Assembly: GCA_965224085.1 (NCBI GenBank)
Contig: CBDCYI010000004.1
Span: 1,696,001-1,760,000 of the forward strand
DNA from: Candidatus Marinacidobacterales bacterium
GTDB lineage: Bacteria; Acidobacteriota; Vicinamibacteria; Marinacidobacterales; SMYC01
DNA: 64,000 nucleotides
Direction of reading: 5' to 3'
Shown here: positions 62,049 through 64,000 of the stretch, one piece after another
Layout: every line of letters begins with the position of its first letter
How positions within the stretch are numbered: position 1 is the stretch's first letter
Position numbers and translations under genes: made by a program
Notes under the pieces: generated by a model
Told to the model about the DNA's origin: nothing
Seen by the model: the letters and a program-made list of their open reading frames with translations, nothing else
Database searches by the model: none

Positions 62049-63506
62049 ATGCTCGTCGAACGCGTCCTCGTCCTGTTCTATCTCGCGGGATGTATCGGCA
62101 TCGGCGTCTACGCTTCGAAAAGAGTCCACAGGTCGCGCGACGAATACTGGGTCGCCGGACGGCGCATCGGGACGTTCGTCAACGCCATAGCGATCATGGC
62201 GAGTCTTGCGAGCGGCGGCTCGATCATCGGGGTCATGGGACTCGCCTATTCTCAAGGCATCCCGGCCACGCTCGCGCTCTTCGCTGGCGCGGTGATTGGC
62301 TTTCCGCTCGCTTCACTGCTCGTCGCGCGCCCCCTGCGAAATTTCGGCCGATACACGATCACAGACTTTCTCGCGCACCGCTATCCGTCGGCGATCGTCC
62401 GCTACCTCGTTCCCATCCTCATCATCATCGCCTTTACCATTTACATCGTCGCGCAAATGAAGGCCGCAGGCATCACCGCCAACGCACTTCTCGGCATCCC
62501 CTATGACACCGCCCTCACGCTAGCGACCGTCGTCTTCATCCTCTACGTCTCGATAGGCGGGATGATCGCCATCACTTGGACCGACGTCATCCAAGGTCTT
62601 CTCATTCTCGCCGTGGTGGTGGGGACGGCGCTCGTCATGGTCTGGCGCATCGGCTCACCCTTCGAGCTCATGGACCAGGCGACGCGCGCCGCTCCGGAGC
62701 TCGGTCGCGTCACCAATCAGCCCGTCTCGAGTTATCTCGGCTATTTTGTGATCTGGGCCACGGCCATACCCGTCATCCCCCACATCGTCATGCGTGTGTT
62801 CACCGCGAAGGACGCGCGCGGCGCGCGGTTGTCACTCAATATCGCGATGATCGCCTACAGCGTGATGATCCTCGCAGCTTGTCTCGCGATCGTGCCCGTC
62901 GGCAAGCTGAACTTTCCCGGGCTCGCTGATGCGGATCAAGTCTTTCTCCGCGTGATGGAATCGGAGTTCCCGCCCGTCATCCGCGGGATCGCCGTCGCCG
63001 CCGTCTTGGCAGCAGTGATGTCCACGACCGACGCGCTCCTGCTCGCGTGCAGCTCCGCCATCGCGCACGATTTGCTCGGGAGCCTTTTGCGTGAGCGCGC
63101 GAGCGAAAAAACGCTCACCGCCATCCGCATCGGCTCCGCCTGGGGAATCGGACTTCTGGCGCTCTACTGGGCGTTCTCCCCGCCCGAGCTCATTTCCCAG
63201 TTCTACACGGCCGGAGTGGGGATTCTCAGCGCGAGCCTCTTCGTCCCGACCGTCGCCGGCATTTGGTGGAAGCGCGCGAATTGGCTAGGCGGCGTCCTCG
63301 CTCTCGTACTCGGCGCCGTCACATACGTCGTCATTTACGGCTTCGGGCATTTCGCTATCCTCAACGTCGGGCTCTCGCCCATCCTCGTGGCCCTCCCCGT
63401 GAGCGCGGTCGCAATGCTTACCGGTGGTCTCATTGGGAGCCCCGAATCCGACGCGATGATCGAGCACATCGCGAGCCTCCACAGGAGTGACGCCGAGACG
63501 ACGTGA
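62049..63506 (+). CDS. Sodium:solute symporter (ActP/PutP-like)
   Basis: EYWVAGR, TITDFL..RY, GGM.A.TWTD, LAAVMST.D. Confidence 0.93.
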   Translation: MLVERVLVLFYLAGCIGIGVYASKRVHRSRDEYWVAGRRIGTFVNAIAIMASLASGGSIIGVMGLAYSQGIPATLALFAGAVIGFPLASLLVARPLRNFGRYTITDFLAHRYPSAIVRYLVPILIIIAFTIYIVAQMKAAGITANALLGIPYDTALTLATVVFILYVSIGGMIAITWTDVIQGLLILAVVVGTALVMVWRIGSPFELMDQATRAAPELGRVTNQPVSSYLGYFVIWATAIPVIPHIVMRVFTAKDARGARLSLNIAMIAYSVMILAACLAIVPVGKLNFPGLADADQVFLRVMESEFPPVIRGIAVAAVLAAVMSTTDALLLACSSAIAHDLLGSLLRERASEKTLTAIRIGSAWGIGLLALYWAFSPPELISQFYTAGVGILSASLFVPTVAGIWWKRANWLGGVLALVLGAVTYVVIYGFGHFAILNVGLSPILVALPVSAVAMLTGGLIGSPESDAMIEHIASLHRSDAETT

Positions 63507-64000
63507 ATTTCGACCCCGTCTTCAGGTGGTTTCTCGGCGTCACGCTCGTCGCTTACGTCGTGGGCCTCTACGCACTCGCGTTTCGCATGCGCGGGCGCAT
63601 CCAGAGCAGCGAGGACTTCATCGTCGCCGGTCGGCGGCTGAGCTTCACGCTCGCGACAGCGACGCTTCTGGGTACATGGTTCGGCGCCGGGACGATTCTC
63701 GCCGCTGCGGACGAAGTTCGCCGCGAAGGATTGCAAAGCGCCGCGCTCGAGCCCTTCGGCGCCGGCTTCTGTCTCATCGTCGCCGCGTTGTTCTTCGCAC
63801 GACCGCTCTGGGAGATGAAACTCCTCACGGTGAGCGATTTTTTTCGCCGTAAGTTCGACAAACGTGCGGAGGTCGTTTCCGCCGCGGTGATGGTGCCGAG
63901 CTATTTTGGCTGGATCGCCGCTCAGTTCGTCGCCTTCGCGGGGATGCTCGATCTGTTCTTCGGCCTGGACATGACTGTGGGTATCGTGCTCGTCGCCGTG
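63503..64000 (+). CDS. Second sodium:solute symporter (choline-transporter-like); partial, runs off right edge
   Basis: Read manually from GTG 63503: ..SSEDFIVAGRRLS..TWFGAGT..LLTVSDFF. Confidence 0.88.
   Translation, partial: MNFDPVFRWFLGVTLVAYVVGLYALAFRMRGRIQSSEDFIVAGRRLSFTLATATLLGTWFGAGTILAAADEVRREGLQSAALEPFGAGFCLIVAALFFARPLWEMKLLTVSDFFRRKFDKRAEVVSAAVMVPSYFGWIAAQFVAFAGMLDLFFGLDMTVGIVLVAV

Overview
GC-rich bacterial DNA. The gene content (TIGR02999-type ECF sigma, Ser/Thr kinase-PD40, Oar-like TonB receptor, tandem SSS transporters) suggests an Acidobacteriota-like lineage; this is an inference. 1-5.7 kb: secreted peptidases/amidohydrolase and a doubly frameshifted ECF sigma. 5.8-10.3 kb: decayed zone ending in an RNase R truncated at an IS110 remnant. 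A tRNA-Leu(CAG) at 10324-10409 is followed by a ~24-kb IS-riddled island (IS5/IS903-like, rve integrase-core element, ISL3, a 189-bp MITE, IS3, IS6, ISAzo13, IS91 remnants). The island's main cargo is an apparent isoprenoid module: squalene/phytoene synthase behind a near-consensus sigma70 promoter, ispH, an Lcp/MpaB'-type heme oxygenase, and an MMPL + LolA-like + outer-membrane barrel transport set, with reciprocally decayed duplicates. It also carries a STAS/LOG/tandem sensor-domain trio, a TIR fragment, a tandem-YjbQ protein with motifs split between its two domains, and an IS-interrupted LtaS-like sulfatase. 34.4-64 kb is mostly housekeeping: Rieske-fused glutamate-synthase-like and pyruvate-oxidase-like pair, histone-like protein, NYN protein, E1beta/E2, kinase, DAACS, rnd, TBDR, NhaC, PP2C, xth, SSS. 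Several abrupt gene-to-gene junctions may be deletions or assembly joins. All family calls come from motif recognition by eye; no searches were run.
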